Source of the DNA: Candidatus Curtissbacteria bacterium | GTDB taxonomy: Bacteria; Patescibacteriota; Microgenomatia; Curtissbacterales; GWA2-41-24 | Assembly (NCBI GenBank): GCA_016183325.1 | Contig: JACPEV010000019.1 | Span: 1-53,831, forward strand | Direction of reading: 5' to 3' | DNA length: 53,831 nt | In this document: in pieces, positions 32,715 to 42,767 of the stretch | How positions within the stretch are numbered: position 1 is the stretch's first letter | How the letters are laid out: every line of letters begins with the position of its first letter | Notes under the pieces: model-generated | The model's database searches: none | Seen by the model: only the letters and a program-made list of their open reading frames with translations | Told to the model about the DNA's origin: nothing | Made by a program: the position numbers and the translations under genes

Positions 32715-35348
32715 TTATTCTTCATCCAACAGTTTGCTGATTTTTTTATGCAAACTAGACTGCCAAAATTTCCGCAGTTTTGAGAGTCCAAGTAATAATA
32801 TGAAATTGATGGGTTTTGAAAAAAGTAAATATATTAAGCTTGCCGCCAGTGAGATTATGGCCAGATAATATAAACCCCAAGTTAAGAAGTTGCCCCGAAA
32901 CTCAAGCATTATTGTGCTTGCACTGCCTGTCGGGATATACATAAAATCAAGGCCGGCTTTATAAATTTTAAGATTTTGACCATTAGTGCGGGCTTTCCAA
33001 CCAGAATGGTAGTTTTCTTTGAAATTAATCCCCGTAAATCCTTTGCCGGAAACTGCAATTAATCCAGGTTTTGGTCTTTGAACTTGGTAATTGCCGGTGG
33101 CCACGGTTGGCTGGGTGACCAGCGCAAGGATAATATTTTTGAGTAATTTAGCCTCTTCCAAGTTGTTGTTTTCAACAATATGAAAAGGTAAATTGAGACC
33201 GGAAAATATCACTCGGCCCTTTTGATATTGGTGCGAAACAATAACTGGTTGACCATTAAATAAGAGAACTGGGCTTGCGCCTGGTTTTATTTTTGAAGCT
33301 TGATTTAATTTCCATGAGTCTCCCTTATAAGAAAGTTGTGAGAATTTGTCAAGATCAATTTTTTGCAAAATCTGCGAATCAGTTGGCCCCCAACTGCTGC
33401 CTTTCGATTCCACGAGATTAAGATGTTCAACTGGGAGGAATTTTGGTAATTTTTGGCCACGATTATCGTTTGAGCCTAGATCAATAAATACCTTGCCGCC
33501 GTTTTTGAGGTAGTTATCTAACTTATCAAGCTTACCTGTGTATTGATAAAGGACGACTGCGCCAAAGAGCTCAAGCTCTTTGGCTGATATTTTGGCAAGT
33601 GACTTGGGTCCGTGGATGGGGACAACGAACTTTGAATTTAAATTAACCATGGCCAGAATTCGGATGAAATTCTGATAGCCAAAGTCGTCTCCGATGAAGA
33701 GAACTGGCGCAGAATTGGTAGCGCTAACGATAGGGGATGAAAAATCTGCTGAGATTTGTGCCCAGTAAGGATTGCTGTCGAATCTTGCGATAATTTGGGA
33801 ATCATTTTTAATAAATTCTGGATAGGTTGACTCAAATCCTTCAAAGATGCCAATGCCAAAGGCATCAATTAAAAAAAGCGCGCGATTTTTGGCAAGTTCT
33901 TGGTCGAGATCTGGGGATAGATTGCGTGTGGAGGTGCCAAGAAAATATTGCCAGTCGCGATGAATTCCTAACGGATGGTTGGAGTAGCCACGTACTGTCG
34001 GAGACTCAGAAACCATGTAGAACCACTGGACAAGGCCGCTTGAGGAAATGTCGATTCGCCAATTTTTATCAAAGTCTAAGACCCAGTTGGGCACGACTTC
34101 TGAAAGCTCGTGCGTTTTAAACTTTTCTATAGCATATTTTTCAACTTCCATGGGAACGGTCGCAGTAAATTCCTTGTGGATATCGATAGGTTTTTGAACA
34201 ATTACGAAAAGAATCATTAAAGTAAAAATTAGAGACAGAAAATAGGAGACCTTTTTTGAGTATTTGCCAATAAGATAGAAAGAGGCAGTACCGATCAATA
34301 ATAAAACCAAATTGGCAGCCCAGAAGACACGCGTTGGAAAAATAACATTGGCCAGTCCGTTTATTTGTTTGAAATAAGCGGCTGTGGCATAAATAACAAA
34401 ATAAGTTAAGATGGCAAGCGGTGCCAAAAGATAGGACAGGCTGATTTTTCTTCTAAAAAGTACAAGAATGACTACTACAAAAAGACTGGCCGTTGACACA
34501 AGGGGTGCCAATGGATTGAGCCACCTGATAAGGTGGATTGGGTATTCCCCCCAACACTGGGTACTTTGGCAAGAACCAGTACCAGAGCCTAAAAACATTT
34601 GTAAGAAGATGACATAGAGACCAATTGAGCCAATAAGTGATGAAATCAAAATAAAAATAATCAGGTTTCTTAGTCGTTTACCAAATTTAAAATTTGGCAA
34701 TAAGGAAAGGGTAATAATGGCAGGAATAAAAGTTAGAAGTAGGTTAATTGGTGCTTGATGGACTAGTGATAGACCAGTCAAAATCGAAGCTAGAATGAGA
34801 TAGTGAGTTTGTGAGTGTTCGGCAAATCGAAAGATAAAAAACAAGACTAGTGGCAAGTACCATTGGCTGCTGGCAGAAGCAATGAACCCTCCGGTTGTTA
34901 AGGCATAATAAGTAGCTCTTGTGGACATTAAGATTGCGACCAATCCGACTGAAATAATCCAATTTTTGGAGACTTGCCAAAAGAGGGCTAGGCTGGCGAT
35001 GAAAAATAAGGCTAGTGTGGCGAAGGAGTAGTAATTCATCGAGGTCATAAGATCAAAATATTTAGTTAAAGGTTGAACGAGATAAAAGGAGAAAAAGGGA
35101 TAGCCTCCAATTTGGGGCATTCCTTCATTCCAAAATGGTAAGTAGCCGGTTGGGGGAAAAGGCAAGTATTTGGTGAAGTAAATGAGGTAAGTTAAAGCAT
35201 TAAAATAGTCGCTGCCAATAATATCGTTCCAAAAAACATAATCTTTGCCAAAAATGACCCAAAGGATTTGGACAATTAAGACACTAACAACCACAAAAAT
35301 TGCCAAATTTAGTAAACCGAGAAAAATGGTAAATAGTATTTTGGCCAT
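32715..35348 (-). CDS. 877-aa YfhO-like GT-C polytopic membrane protein, paralog 3
   Basis: FWNEGMPQIGGYPF, WRIDISSSGLVQWFYMVSESPTVRGYSNHP, GGKVFIDLG, RVIFSGLNLPFH, EEAKLLKNIIL, ENYHSGWKARTNGQ. LLDEE* tail. Confidence 0.65.
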   Translation of the reverse strand: MAKILFTIFLGLLNLAIFVVVSVLIVQILWVIFGKDYVFWNDIIGSDYFNALTYLIYFTKYLPFPPTGYLPFWNEGMPQIGGYPFFSFYLVQPLTKYFDLMTSMNYYSFATLALFFIASLALFWQVSKNWIISVGLVAILMSTRATYYALTTGGFIASASSQWYLPLVLFFIFRFAEHSQTHYLILASILTGLSLVHQAPINLLLTFIPAIITLSLLPNFKFGKRLRNLIIFILISSLIGSIGLYVIFLQMFLGSGTGSCQSTQCWGEYPIHLIRWLNPLAPLVSTASLFVVVILVLFRRKISLSYLLAPLAILTYFVIYATAAYFKQINGLANVIFPTRVFWAANLVLLLIGTASFYLIGKYSKKVSYFLSLIFTLMILFVIVQKPIDIHKEFTATVPMEVEKYAIEKFKTHELSEVVPNWVLDFDKNWRIDISSSGLVQWFYMVSESPTVRGYSNHPLGIHRDWQYFLGTSTRNLSPDLDQELAKNRALFLIDAFGIGIFEGFESTYPEFIKNDSQIIARFDSNPYWAQISADFSSPIVSATNSAPVLFIGDDFGYQNFIRILAMVNLNSKFVVPIHGPKSLAKISAKELELFGAVVLYQYTGKLDKLDNYLKNGGKVFIDLGSNDNRGQKLPKFLPVEHLNLVESKGSSWGPTDSQILQKIDLDKFSQLSYKGDSWKLNQASKIKPGASPVLLFNGQPVIVSHQYQKGRVIFSGLNLPFHIVENNNLEEAKLLKNIILALVTQPTVATGNYQVQRPKPGLIAVSGKGFTGINFKENYHSGWKARTNGQNLKIYKAGLDFMYIPTGSASTIMLEFRGNFLTWGLYYLAIISLAASLIYLLFSKPINFILLLGLSKLRKFWQSSLHKKISKLLDEE

Positions 35349-35357
35349 AGATACAGT

Positions 35358-36545
35358 TTATATATGATCCTGGGAAAATTGAAGTGAGGAGATAAGACGA
35401 TTGAATTTTTGAGTAATTTGTTGCCAATCAAATTTGCAAGCTTCATTTTGAGCTTCTTGTGAAAGTTCTTTTTGGAGTTTGCGACTGGCCAGAATTTTGA
35501 TGACTGCTAGGGCAAAGAGATGATAGTTATATTTAGGAATCTTAATATAGCCCGATTTGATGACAGAGCCTAGAATTCCTAGATCATAGCCGACCACGGG
35601 AAGGCCCGCGGCCATGGCCTCCAGCATAGCTAGCCCAAAGCCAGCTTCATGGTCTGTAAAGAGGAATACACGGGAATTTTTAAGAATACTGATCAGTTCA
35701 TTTTTTGGGACAAATCCAAGAATAGAGATGGATTTTTGTAAGTGATTTTCGGAAATCTGCTTATTTAGTTTTGAGATTAAATCGCCGATTGCACCTTCAC
35801 CGATAATTGCCAGACGAGCGTTGGGAATTTTGGCTATTACTTTTTTCCAAATCGGAATAAGATCAAGTACACCTTTTGTGGGATGGATTCTACCGATGAA
35901 TAGCGCCTCAAAACTTTTGGTTTGGGGGGTTGGTTTTATACTTTTAATATAAGCAAAGTCTACACCGGGTGGTAGAATTTCTATTTTGGCTTCGGGAAAG
36001 CCTCTTTTGATAAGTTCAGCTTTGAGCTTCTGATTTAAGATAATAATAAGATCCGAAAATTTGAGTAGTTTTTGGGTGAGCCTATCGATAATGAAGCTTG
36101 CGAGGTTGACCAAAAAGCGACCCGGCCTTTGATGTGGGGATTCAACCAAATGATGGATTCTGCCAATCCATTTAACTTCTTTGCTGAACATTTTGATAAT
36201 AAATGGCGAGAGTATATCGACAAAGACATTGGTGGTACTGTAGAGATAATAAGGTCTTTTAATTTTGTAAATAACGTAGAGGATAAAGAACGATCTATAA
36301 ATATAGATTAGAAAAACGGTGAAAGGATTTACATAATTCTCTAAAAAAATTGAAGGAATCTTTATGATTTTTAAGTTTTTATGATCTTGCCAATGTGTTT
36401 TGGCAATTTGGGGGATGATAATTTCAAGTTGATAATTATTTATCAGGTAGGGGATCATGGGCTTGGTTAATAAATCGCCACCGGAAATGGCAATTTTTGA
36501 GAGGTGGCCGCATTCAACGACAATTATTTTGGCAAATTTGGCCAT
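35358..36545 (-). CDS. GT4-family glycosyltransferase
   Basis: HEAGFGLAMLEAMAAGLPVVGYD. I prefer the ATG at 36545 (MAKFAKIIVV...), one nt after the upstream stop, over the longer track ORF. Confidence 0.8.
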   Translation of the reverse strand: MAKFAKIIVVECGHLSKIAISGGDLLTKPMIPYLINNYQLEIIIPQIAKTHWQDHKNLKIIKIPSIFLENYVNPFTVFLIYIYRSFFILYVIYKIKRPYYLYSTTNVFVDILSPFIIKMFSKEVKWIGRIHHLVESPHQRPGRFLVNLASFIIDRLTQKLLKFSDLIIILNQKLKAELIKRGFPEAKIEILPPGVDFAYIKSIKPTPQTKSFEALFIGRIHPTKGVLDLIPIWKKVIAKIPNARLAIIGEGAIGDLISKLNKQISENHLQKSISILGFVPKNELISILKNSRVFLFTDHEAGFGLAMLEAMAAGLPVVGYDLGILGSVIKSGYIKIPKYNYHLFALAVIKILASRKLQKELSQEAQNEACKFDWQQITQKFNRLISSLQFSQDHI

Positions 36546-36546
36546 T

Positions 36547-37713
36547 TTAGTGTTTAAAGAAATTATTAAGTGCTGCCGCAATTATTTTTGAGTGTCTTTG
36601 CCAAGTATACAGGCGGGCAATTTTGGCGGCAGCTGCGCCCATCTGCCGGGCTTTTTGGGGATTTTGTATCAAATACTTGACGGCCTCCAGTAAGCCCTCA
36701 CTGTCGTTTGCTTTGGGGAAGAAACCGTGGATGCCATTTTTGAAAAGTTCGGTAACGCCGGATTTGTCCGGAATAACAATAGGTAGACCATGAGTTGCAG
36801 CTTCGATTGCGGAAAGCGAGAAGGCTTCAAAATTGGGGTGGACCCAAAAACTGGCAAGACCCATGATTTTTGGCAGTTCTTCCTCTTGATAATTGATTAT
36901 AAGTTCTATTTGTTTTTCCAGACCTCTTTTTTTGATTTCGGATTTAAACCACGCGAGATCGGTTTTGTCTGTCCAACTGCCAGCGACGATAAATTTGGTT
37001 TTTGGTAAATTTTGGGCCAGATCCAAAATAGTGGCAATATTTTTCTCTTTTTCCCAACGGCCTAGAGACAAGACTTTATTGCCGTGAGGTATGACAATTG
37101 ATTTTTGTGGTTTGACTCCCAGATAAAGAACAATCGGACTGATACCGTAGTGTAACCTGAGAAATTGAGCGTGGACCTTGGAGGCTACAAAGCAGCAAGC
37201 GGCATTTTTGACGATGCGTTTTTCAATGATGGGAATTAACAAGTTTGCCAACGGCCAAAGATACGCAAGAGGTGTTTTTTTATAAACTTTGTCGAAAATG
37301 TAAGCCATAGGGTCGTGAATCATCACCAGATAAGGGATTTTTTTGAAATACAAGAGCGACAAGGCAGTGAAGGAGGTAGTTGTTCCATGGCTCAAGATGA
37401 TGTCAAACTCACCAGATGAAACGAAAAAGTGAGCGACTAGCGGACTAAAAAGGTGCAGCGTTGAGAGGAATTTAAAATAAGGGACGCGGAAACTTTTTTG
37501 CAAGACTTTTGGGTATCTGTCTGATAAAAATGCAAAAGGAATATTTTTGACCAGATAGCGATTTTTCTGGCTGAATCCCTTGCGCATCAAAACCAAAAGG
37601 CTGGCGTTAAAACCCATTTTTCTGAGGTTCCTGACTTCCTCAATAGCCGTTTTTTGAACTCCTCCAGCTATAAGTAAATCAATAAGAATGGCGATTTTGA
37701 TTTTATTTTTCAT
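36547..37713 (-). CDS. GT4-family glycosyltransferase
   Basis: FEAFSLSAIEAATHGLPIVIPDKSG. N-terminal GGVQK. Confidence 0.8.
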   Translation of the reverse strand: MKNKIKIAILIDLLIAGGVQKTAIEEVRNLRKMGFNASLLVLMRKGFSQKNRYLVKNIPFAFLSDRYPKVLQKSFRVPYFKFLSTLHLFSPLVAHFFVSSGEFDIILSHGTTTSFTALSLLYFKKIPYLVMIHDPMAYIFDKVYKKTPLAYLWPLANLLIPIIEKRIVKNAACCFVASKVHAQFLRLHYGISPIVLYLGVKPQKSIVIPHGNKVLSLGRWEKEKNIATILDLAQNLPKTKFIVAGSWTDKTDLAWFKSEIKKRGLEKQIELIINYQEEELPKIMGLASFWVHPNFEAFSLSAIEAATHGLPIVIPDKSGVTELFKNGIHGFFPKANDSEGLLEAVKYLIQNPQKARQMGAAAAKIARLYTWQRHSKIIAAALNNFFKH

Positions 37714-37772
37714 ACGGTTTCATGAGTACGCCAGCATTGTCTCAATCAAAAAACGTTCGGCTTCCATTTTTG

Positions 37773-37800
37773 TTAATTGTCAAATGTCAATTGTCAATTG
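37773..37800. repeat. 4 x TCAATTG-type heptamer array overlapping a stop codon upstream of the GT4 gene
   Basis: ttaattg tcaaatg tcaattg tcaattg. The minus strand reads TTGACA boxes. The methyltransferase ends ..TIDN* inside the array. Confidence 0.9.
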
Positions 37801-38509
37801 TTTTTTTCTGGGCTGCGATCCAAAAGCTATTTCTTATTAAACTAAAAGGTGTGGAAAATAACAAAAATACAATTGACGATCGAATAAATTTTGGCAATTT
37901 GTTGAGATTGATCGGTAATTCCCAATCAAAGGAGACGTTGCTGTCAACCCTAAAGTATAATTTTATTTTTTTGAACTGCTCTTTTTTAAGAAGACTGGCA
38001 AGGCTGTGGGGTGTATAGAAGTTGAGATGGGTGGGGTCGCTGTAGCCAAACCAGTGAGAGCCTTGAAGATATCTGATCGGAGTTGAGAAATTGGGGGTTA
38101 CGATAAAAATATAACCATTTTTTTTTAATACCCTGTAAGCTTCCTGTAAAAACTTTTTAGTAATCTTAGCAGATAGGTGCTCAATTACCGATAAGGCTAT
38201 GACTAGATCAAAATTATTACTTTGGTATGGAAGGTTATCTGCCGAAGCAATTTTGGCCACATTTTTTTTATTTAATTTGTTGGCTTTGTCAACGGCTATT
38301 TTTGAAATATCGCATCCTTGGCCGCTGAATCCGTGGTCATTTAAAAACTTGATAGCCTGACCAGTGCCACAGCCAACGTCTAAAACTTTTTTAAGATTTC
38401 TTTCTTTCATAAAAATTTCCAGGGCGCTTACTAAGGGTGGAGAGATATGGTCTCTTATTTCAAAATAGCCTTTATCGTAATACTTTTTTATCTTTTGGTG
38501 ATCAACCAT
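37787..38509 (-). CDS. class I SAM-dependent methyltransferase
   Basis: VLDVGCGTGQAIKFL motif I. About 240 aa. Confidence 0.85.
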   Translation of the reverse strand: MVDHQKIKKYYDKGYFEIRDHISPPLVSALEIFMKERNLKKVLDVGCGTGQAIKFLNDHGFSGQGCDISKIAVDKANKLNKKNVAKIASADNLPYQSNNFDLVIALSVIEHLSAKITKKFLQEAYRVLKKNGYIFIVTPNFSTPIRYLQGSHWFGYSDPTHLNFYTPHSLASLLKKEQFKKIKLYFRVDSNVSFDWELPINLNKLPKFIRSSIVFLLFSTPFSLIRNSFWIAAQKKTIDN

Positions 38510-40236
38510 TTTTCGATTATTAAATATTTAAGTTTAGATTTTTTAAAAGTATTGAGGGCGTCAGTGGGCGTGCAAACAATTGGCTCACCATGAAGATTGA
38601 AGGAGGTGTTTAAGACGGCTCCTATGCCAGTCAATTTTTCGAATTTTTTGATAAGGTCATAGTATTTTGGATTTGCGTCTCTATCCAATATCTGGGGACG
38701 AGTGGTTTTATCGTATGGGTGAATTGCGGCAGAAAGATCAATCTTGCCTTTTTCTGTGGTATCAAATGCTACGTTCATAAAGGTAGAGTCAGCTTTATGC
38801 AGAACAAGATAATCACGGGCTCTGTCCCGTAAGATTGTCGGTGCGAAGGGCATCCAAAAGTCCCTTTGTTTTATGGCATTATTTATGAATGATACGACTG
38901 ATAAGTTATCTGGTCTGGAAAGGATTGATCGGTTACCGAGGGCTCTTGCCCCAAATTCCATGCGGCCGGAAAAGCGAGCGACAACCTCACCTTTTGAGAG
39001 CAGATCGGCTACTTCTTGATTGATATCCTTGGGTTTTTGGATGTTGTATTTTTTTTGGTTTTTTGTAAGTTCTTTTTCAATTTGGTCGACTGTGTAAGAG
39101 GGTCCAAGATATAAATCTTCTAGTGGTTTAGGAATAGATGCGGTTGATTCGAAATAGGCATAGAAAGCTGCCCCGATGGCGTTGGAGTCGTCAGAGGGGG
39201 AAGGCATGAAAAAGGCACTTTTGACGTTTGGAAGCTTTGAAATTTTCTGATTGACTTTGATGTTTGCGAAAACGCCTCCGCCGCAGGCGATATTGGCGAT
39301 TTGGAAATAATCGATGGCGCCACCGACCCAAAGACTGAGAATTTCTTCGGTGATTTTTTGGGCGGCGGCTGCAATCTGATCAAAACGCCTGTAGGCAAGG
39401 AGTTGTGGTAGCTTTCTGGCAAGGTGGACTTCGTTGACTTTAATAGTCCAACAATTTTGGTTCATCTTAAAATCGAAATATGGTCTTAAAAGTTGGTAAA
39501 TTTCTTGATTTTGCCCTTTAGCATAGGGAGCAAGACCCATGACTTTATATTCATCCTCAATGGGTTTCATGCCTAGAAACTGGGTGATATGCAGGTAAAA
39601 AAAGCCTAGAGATTGTTGAGAATCGATTGAAACAAGTTTTTTAAGCTGACCATTTTGGTATTTATGGATGGTGGCACTTTCGAAATCTCCGACGCCATCG
39701 GCGGTGAAAACTAACACTGGCTGGTTATTTTTGGGAAATTGAGACGAGAAAAGAGCGGCAGCTGCATGGCAAGTGTGATGGTTAAGATAAGAAAATTTCT
39801 CTTGGGGAAGGGGAATAACTCTCTGAAGCGCTTTTTGTCTTTTTTGTTGAGAGATGGGTAAGTTTAAATTTCTGATCTTTTTGTAGAGGCTAAAAAAAAG
39901 AGATCTTGCAGGCGGGAAGCGCCTTTCAATACTTTCTTCAAGATCAAACAGAAGGTTGGTAAGTGGAGAATATTGTTGAGGCTTACCGGCGATTTTATGT
40001 TGGTCAAAAATTGGCGGAGTGATATCGGAGATGGCAACAGAGGTTAAATCTGAATGGTTGATTTTTTCAAGATCAAGGCAGAATTTGATAGCATTTTTGG
40101 GTATGCCAGGCTGAAGTTTTTGGCGAGTGAAGCGTTCTTCTGCGGCTGCCGCGATAATTTGCCCGTCTTTTAGAAGAGCGGCGCTAGCGGTGTGGCTTTC
40201 GGAAATTCCAAGAATGTAGATAGGTTTTTGGCTCAT
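38488..40236 (-). CDS. carbamoyltransferase (NodU/CmcH family)
   Basis: ILGISESHTASAALLKDGQIIAAAAEERFTRQK N-terminal signature. The 582-aa size fits the family. Confidence 0.85.
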   Translation of the reverse strand: MSQKPIYILGISESHTASAALLKDGQIIAAAAEERFTRQKLQPGIPKNAIKFCLDLEKINHSDLTSVAISDITPPIFDQHKIAGKPQQYSPLTNLLFDLEESIERRFPPARSLFFSLYKKIRNLNLPISQQKRQKALQRVIPLPQEKFSYLNHHTCHAAAALFSSQFPKNNQPVLVFTADGVGDFESATIHKYQNGQLKKLVSIDSQQSLGFFYLHITQFLGMKPIEDEYKVMGLAPYAKGQNQEIYQLLRPYFDFKMNQNCWTIKVNEVHLARKLPQLLAYRRFDQIAAAAQKITEEILSLWVGGAIDYFQIANIACGGGVFANIKVNQKISKLPNVKSAFFMPSPSDDSNAIGAAFYAYFESTASIPKPLEDLYLGPSYTVDQIEKELTKNQKKYNIQKPKDINQEVADLLSKGEVVARFSGRMEFGARALGNRSILSRPDNLSVVSFINNAIKQRDFWMPFAPTILRDRARDYLVLHKADSTFMNVAFDTTEKGKIDLSAAIHPYDKTTRPQILDRDANPKYYDLIKKFEKLTGIGAVLNTSFNLHGEPIVCTPTDALNTFKKSKLKYLIIEKWLITKR

Positions 40237-41363
40237 TTGTCAATTACCTCTTGGTAGTCTTTGACAATTTTTTGCCAATTAAACTTTGCAAATGTGTATT
40301 TTTTTGCCTCTTTCCCAAGTTTTTGAACCAATTGGGGATTATTGGTAAGTTTCCCCAAATAATATATGAGCGCGCGTTGATTTTTAGCAATATAGCCAGT
40401 TTTTCCGTGAATAATAAGTTCGTTGGCCGCGCCATAGTCAAGAGCGATTGTCGGTTTGGCAAAAGTAGCGGCTTCGCAGATTGGCAGACCGAAGTAAAGA
40501 TTTTGGTCACAAGTGACATAAAAATCGCAGCTTTGATAATTTTGGGCCAAAGTTTGATCACTGGCATTGACGATTATTTTGGCCAGACTTTGGCCTTCTT
40601 TTTGCAAATAATCAAGATAGTTTTTGCGAGGTTGAGAACCGATAATCGTCAGGGTGATTTTTGGGGTTGTGCCGATTTTTTTTAAGGCGTCAATAATTAA
40701 GTGGAAACCCTTGTAGGGAGTAATTCTGGAGACTGCCAGGATGGCAATTTCTTGCCGGTAGTTGGTGGCCGGTAGTTTGTGGCCGGTAGTTGGCGCCAGA
40801 TCGCTGGCCAAATAGATGACTTTATCGACGGCGCGTCCGTATAATTTTTTGCCTTCGCTGGCTGCATAGTGACTGATGGCCACAATTTTATCAGAGAGAC
40901 GATAAGTGATCAGGTTGGTGGCGAAAATATAGCAGTTGGCTAAAAAGTTTAGTAATTTATCAAGGAAAGTTATTTTTTGGGGGAAAACTTTTTCCAAATA
41001 AGCATCGAGCTGGGTACCCATGTAAATTCTGATGATGGGAATTGTTGTCAGTTTGGCGGCCAAAAAAGAAGTCAGAGTACCTGCAAAGAGAATTACGTTT
41101 GGAGAATGCGACCTTAATTTTTGCGTCAGGTTAAAGGCAGCCAAATATCTGGAAACTGGCGGTATTTTAGGCGTAGTTATGAGGATGGTGGTAACCCCAT
41201 TTTTTTTGAGATCTGCGATAACTTTTGGATCTTTTTGGTGATCATAGGCGTAAACTGTAATTTTTTGTAACTTTGCCAAATATTTGGCGATTTGAAGGGG
41301 AGCTCGTGACCCTGAATGATAGTCGATGATTTCTGTAAGGATAGCAATTTTTAATTTTTTCAT
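40233..41363 (-). CDS. GT4-family glycosyltransferase
   Basis: GT-B architecture. C-terminal half ...FGLPICEAATFAKPTIALDYGAANELI. Confidence 0.75.
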   Translation of the reverse strand: MKKLKIAILTEIIDYHSGSRAPLQIAKYLAKLQKITVYAYDHQKDPKVIADLKKNGVTTILITTPKIPPVSRYLAAFNLTQKLRSHSPNVILFAGTLTSFLAAKLTTIPIIRIYMGTQLDAYLEKVFPQKITFLDKLLNFLANCYIFATNLITYRLSDKIVAISHYAASEGKKLYGRAVDKVIYLASDLAPTTGHKLPATNYRQEIAILAVSRITPYKGFHLIIDALKKIGTTPKITLTIIGSQPRKNYLDYLQKEGQSLAKIIVNASDQTLAQNYQSCDFYVTCDQNLYFGLPICEAATFAKPTIALDYGAANELIIHGKTGYIAKNQRALIYYLGKLTNNPQLVQKLGKEAKKYTFAKFNWQKIVKDYQEVIDK

Positions 41364-42712
41364 TTGCTCTTGCCAACCATAAATTTAACAGAAATATCGC
41401 CAATTGCAAAAATTTCAGCTTGAGTAAAATTATCCAGGGTGTACTCACTCCCCCTTTTTTCTACCAGCCAAAAATCATTTAAATTGCCTGCGGATTCTTT
41501 TTGGCCGCCGATTAAATTAACTGTTTTTTCGGTGAGCGGATTGGCAGTTAGCATAATATTTTTTCTATGTTCTGGAAGATAGTATCTAAAGGGGTAATAA
41601 GTCAAAATTGAGGTGTGGGCGATTATTTTTGCGGACCTTTGGCTAGTAATTTCGGAAGCTTCTTTTAATTTTTCACCTCTAAAAAACGGATTAGTAATAA
41701 GAATTGCCGAGATAAGAGTAAGCAATAAGAAAATTAAGGGACCCAAATATTTTTTGCTAAAGGAGGTAATTCCTAAGGAGACAATGATAAAGTAAATTGG
41801 ACTTGTGATTGAAAAAGCCTTAGGCGAAAAGACTGGGAAGAATAAGCCAGCGGTGGAAAGTGCGGCAAGCGGGATTAAATAAATCGCTGGCAAGACTTTG
41901 GACTTTGGGATTCCCTTTACAAACATGACAAAAGTGAGCAAAGAGGTTGTCAAAAATAGAGCAAAAATTGCTGGTGGAAGATTGGGGAAGGTACGCATGG
42001 TGACATTACCCACGCCGGCAATGGTGGGGGCGACGAGACTGGCGGGGAGAGACAAAAGAGTATTTGGGCACCAACAGCCGCTGTGGGGAGTTTGAGTTGA
42101 TAAGATGAGCCACGGCACCAGTGTCAACAGGGGGATGGAGGCGATAGTGAGCCATTTGCCAAAAGTGAGATGGTTTTTGGTGCTGTAGATGATATAGGTA
42201 AGAGGCAAAAGGAGGAGAATAATGTAGTATTGGGTGTAGAGGCCAAGAGTGGTAAAAAAAATAAAAATTGCGATGTTAACAGGCGAGGGTTTGGTAAGAA
42301 GCTTAAAAAAACTGTTAATAATCAAGGTGACAAAAAGCAAGGCAAGTGAATGAAGCCTGGCCTCTGTGGCTAAGTAAATGGAAAGTGGGGAGACAGCAAA
42401 CAACGAAGCCGAAACAGTGGCGACTCTTTTGTCGATTTTGGTCTTGACGAAATGATAGAGGGCCAAAATCGACAGCAAATTTGCAAGCAGCGAAGGTAGT
42501 CTCAAGATTAACTCATCTGGACTTATCTTGACTAGGTAATGGATCAGAAGATAATAAAGTGGGGGGTTATTGTCGGCAAGAACAACTTCTAGTAAATTTT
42601 TAACTGGCAATCTGGCAAAATGATAGGTTATGGCCTCGTCGAACCAAAAATCATGAAAGTTAAGAGCTAGTAGCCTAAATAAAATACCGATAAGGAAGAC
42701 TAGCAAAAGCAT
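41360..42712 (-). CDS. GT-C (ArnT/GT39-like) membrane glycosyltransferase
   Basis: FHDFWFDEAITY first-loop motif. Polytopic. Confidence 0.7.
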   Translation of the reverse strand: MLLLVFLIGILFRLLALNFHDFWFDEAITYHFARLPVKNLLEVVLADNNPPLYYLLIHYLVKISPDELILRLPSLLANLLSILALYHFVKTKIDKRVATVSASLFAVSPLSIYLATEARLHSLALLFVTLIINSFFKLLTKPSPVNIAIFIFFTTLGLYTQYYIILLLLPLTYIIYSTKNHLTFGKWLTIASIPLLTLVPWLILSTQTPHSGCWCPNTLLSLPASLVAPTIAGVGNVTMRTFPNLPPAIFALFLTTSLLTFVMFVKGIPKSKVLPAIYLIPLAALSTAGLFFPVFSPKAFSITSPIYFIIVSLGITSFSKKYLGPLIFLLLTLISAILITNPFFRGEKLKEASEITSQRSAKIIAHTSILTYYPFRYYLPEHRKNIMLTANPLTEKTVNLIGGQKESAGNLNDFWLVEKRGSEYTLDNFTQAEIFAIGDISVKFMVGKSK

Positions 42713-42767
42713 CTTGTTTACAGACAGTTTTAATTTATGTGAGACTTAACAATAATTTGTTGTACCA

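Noticed and set aside
32579-32791. Track ORF 32579-32791(-)
   Set aside because: It is composed of the REP-like hairpins plus the tail of the 877-aa gene, with no independent coding signal.
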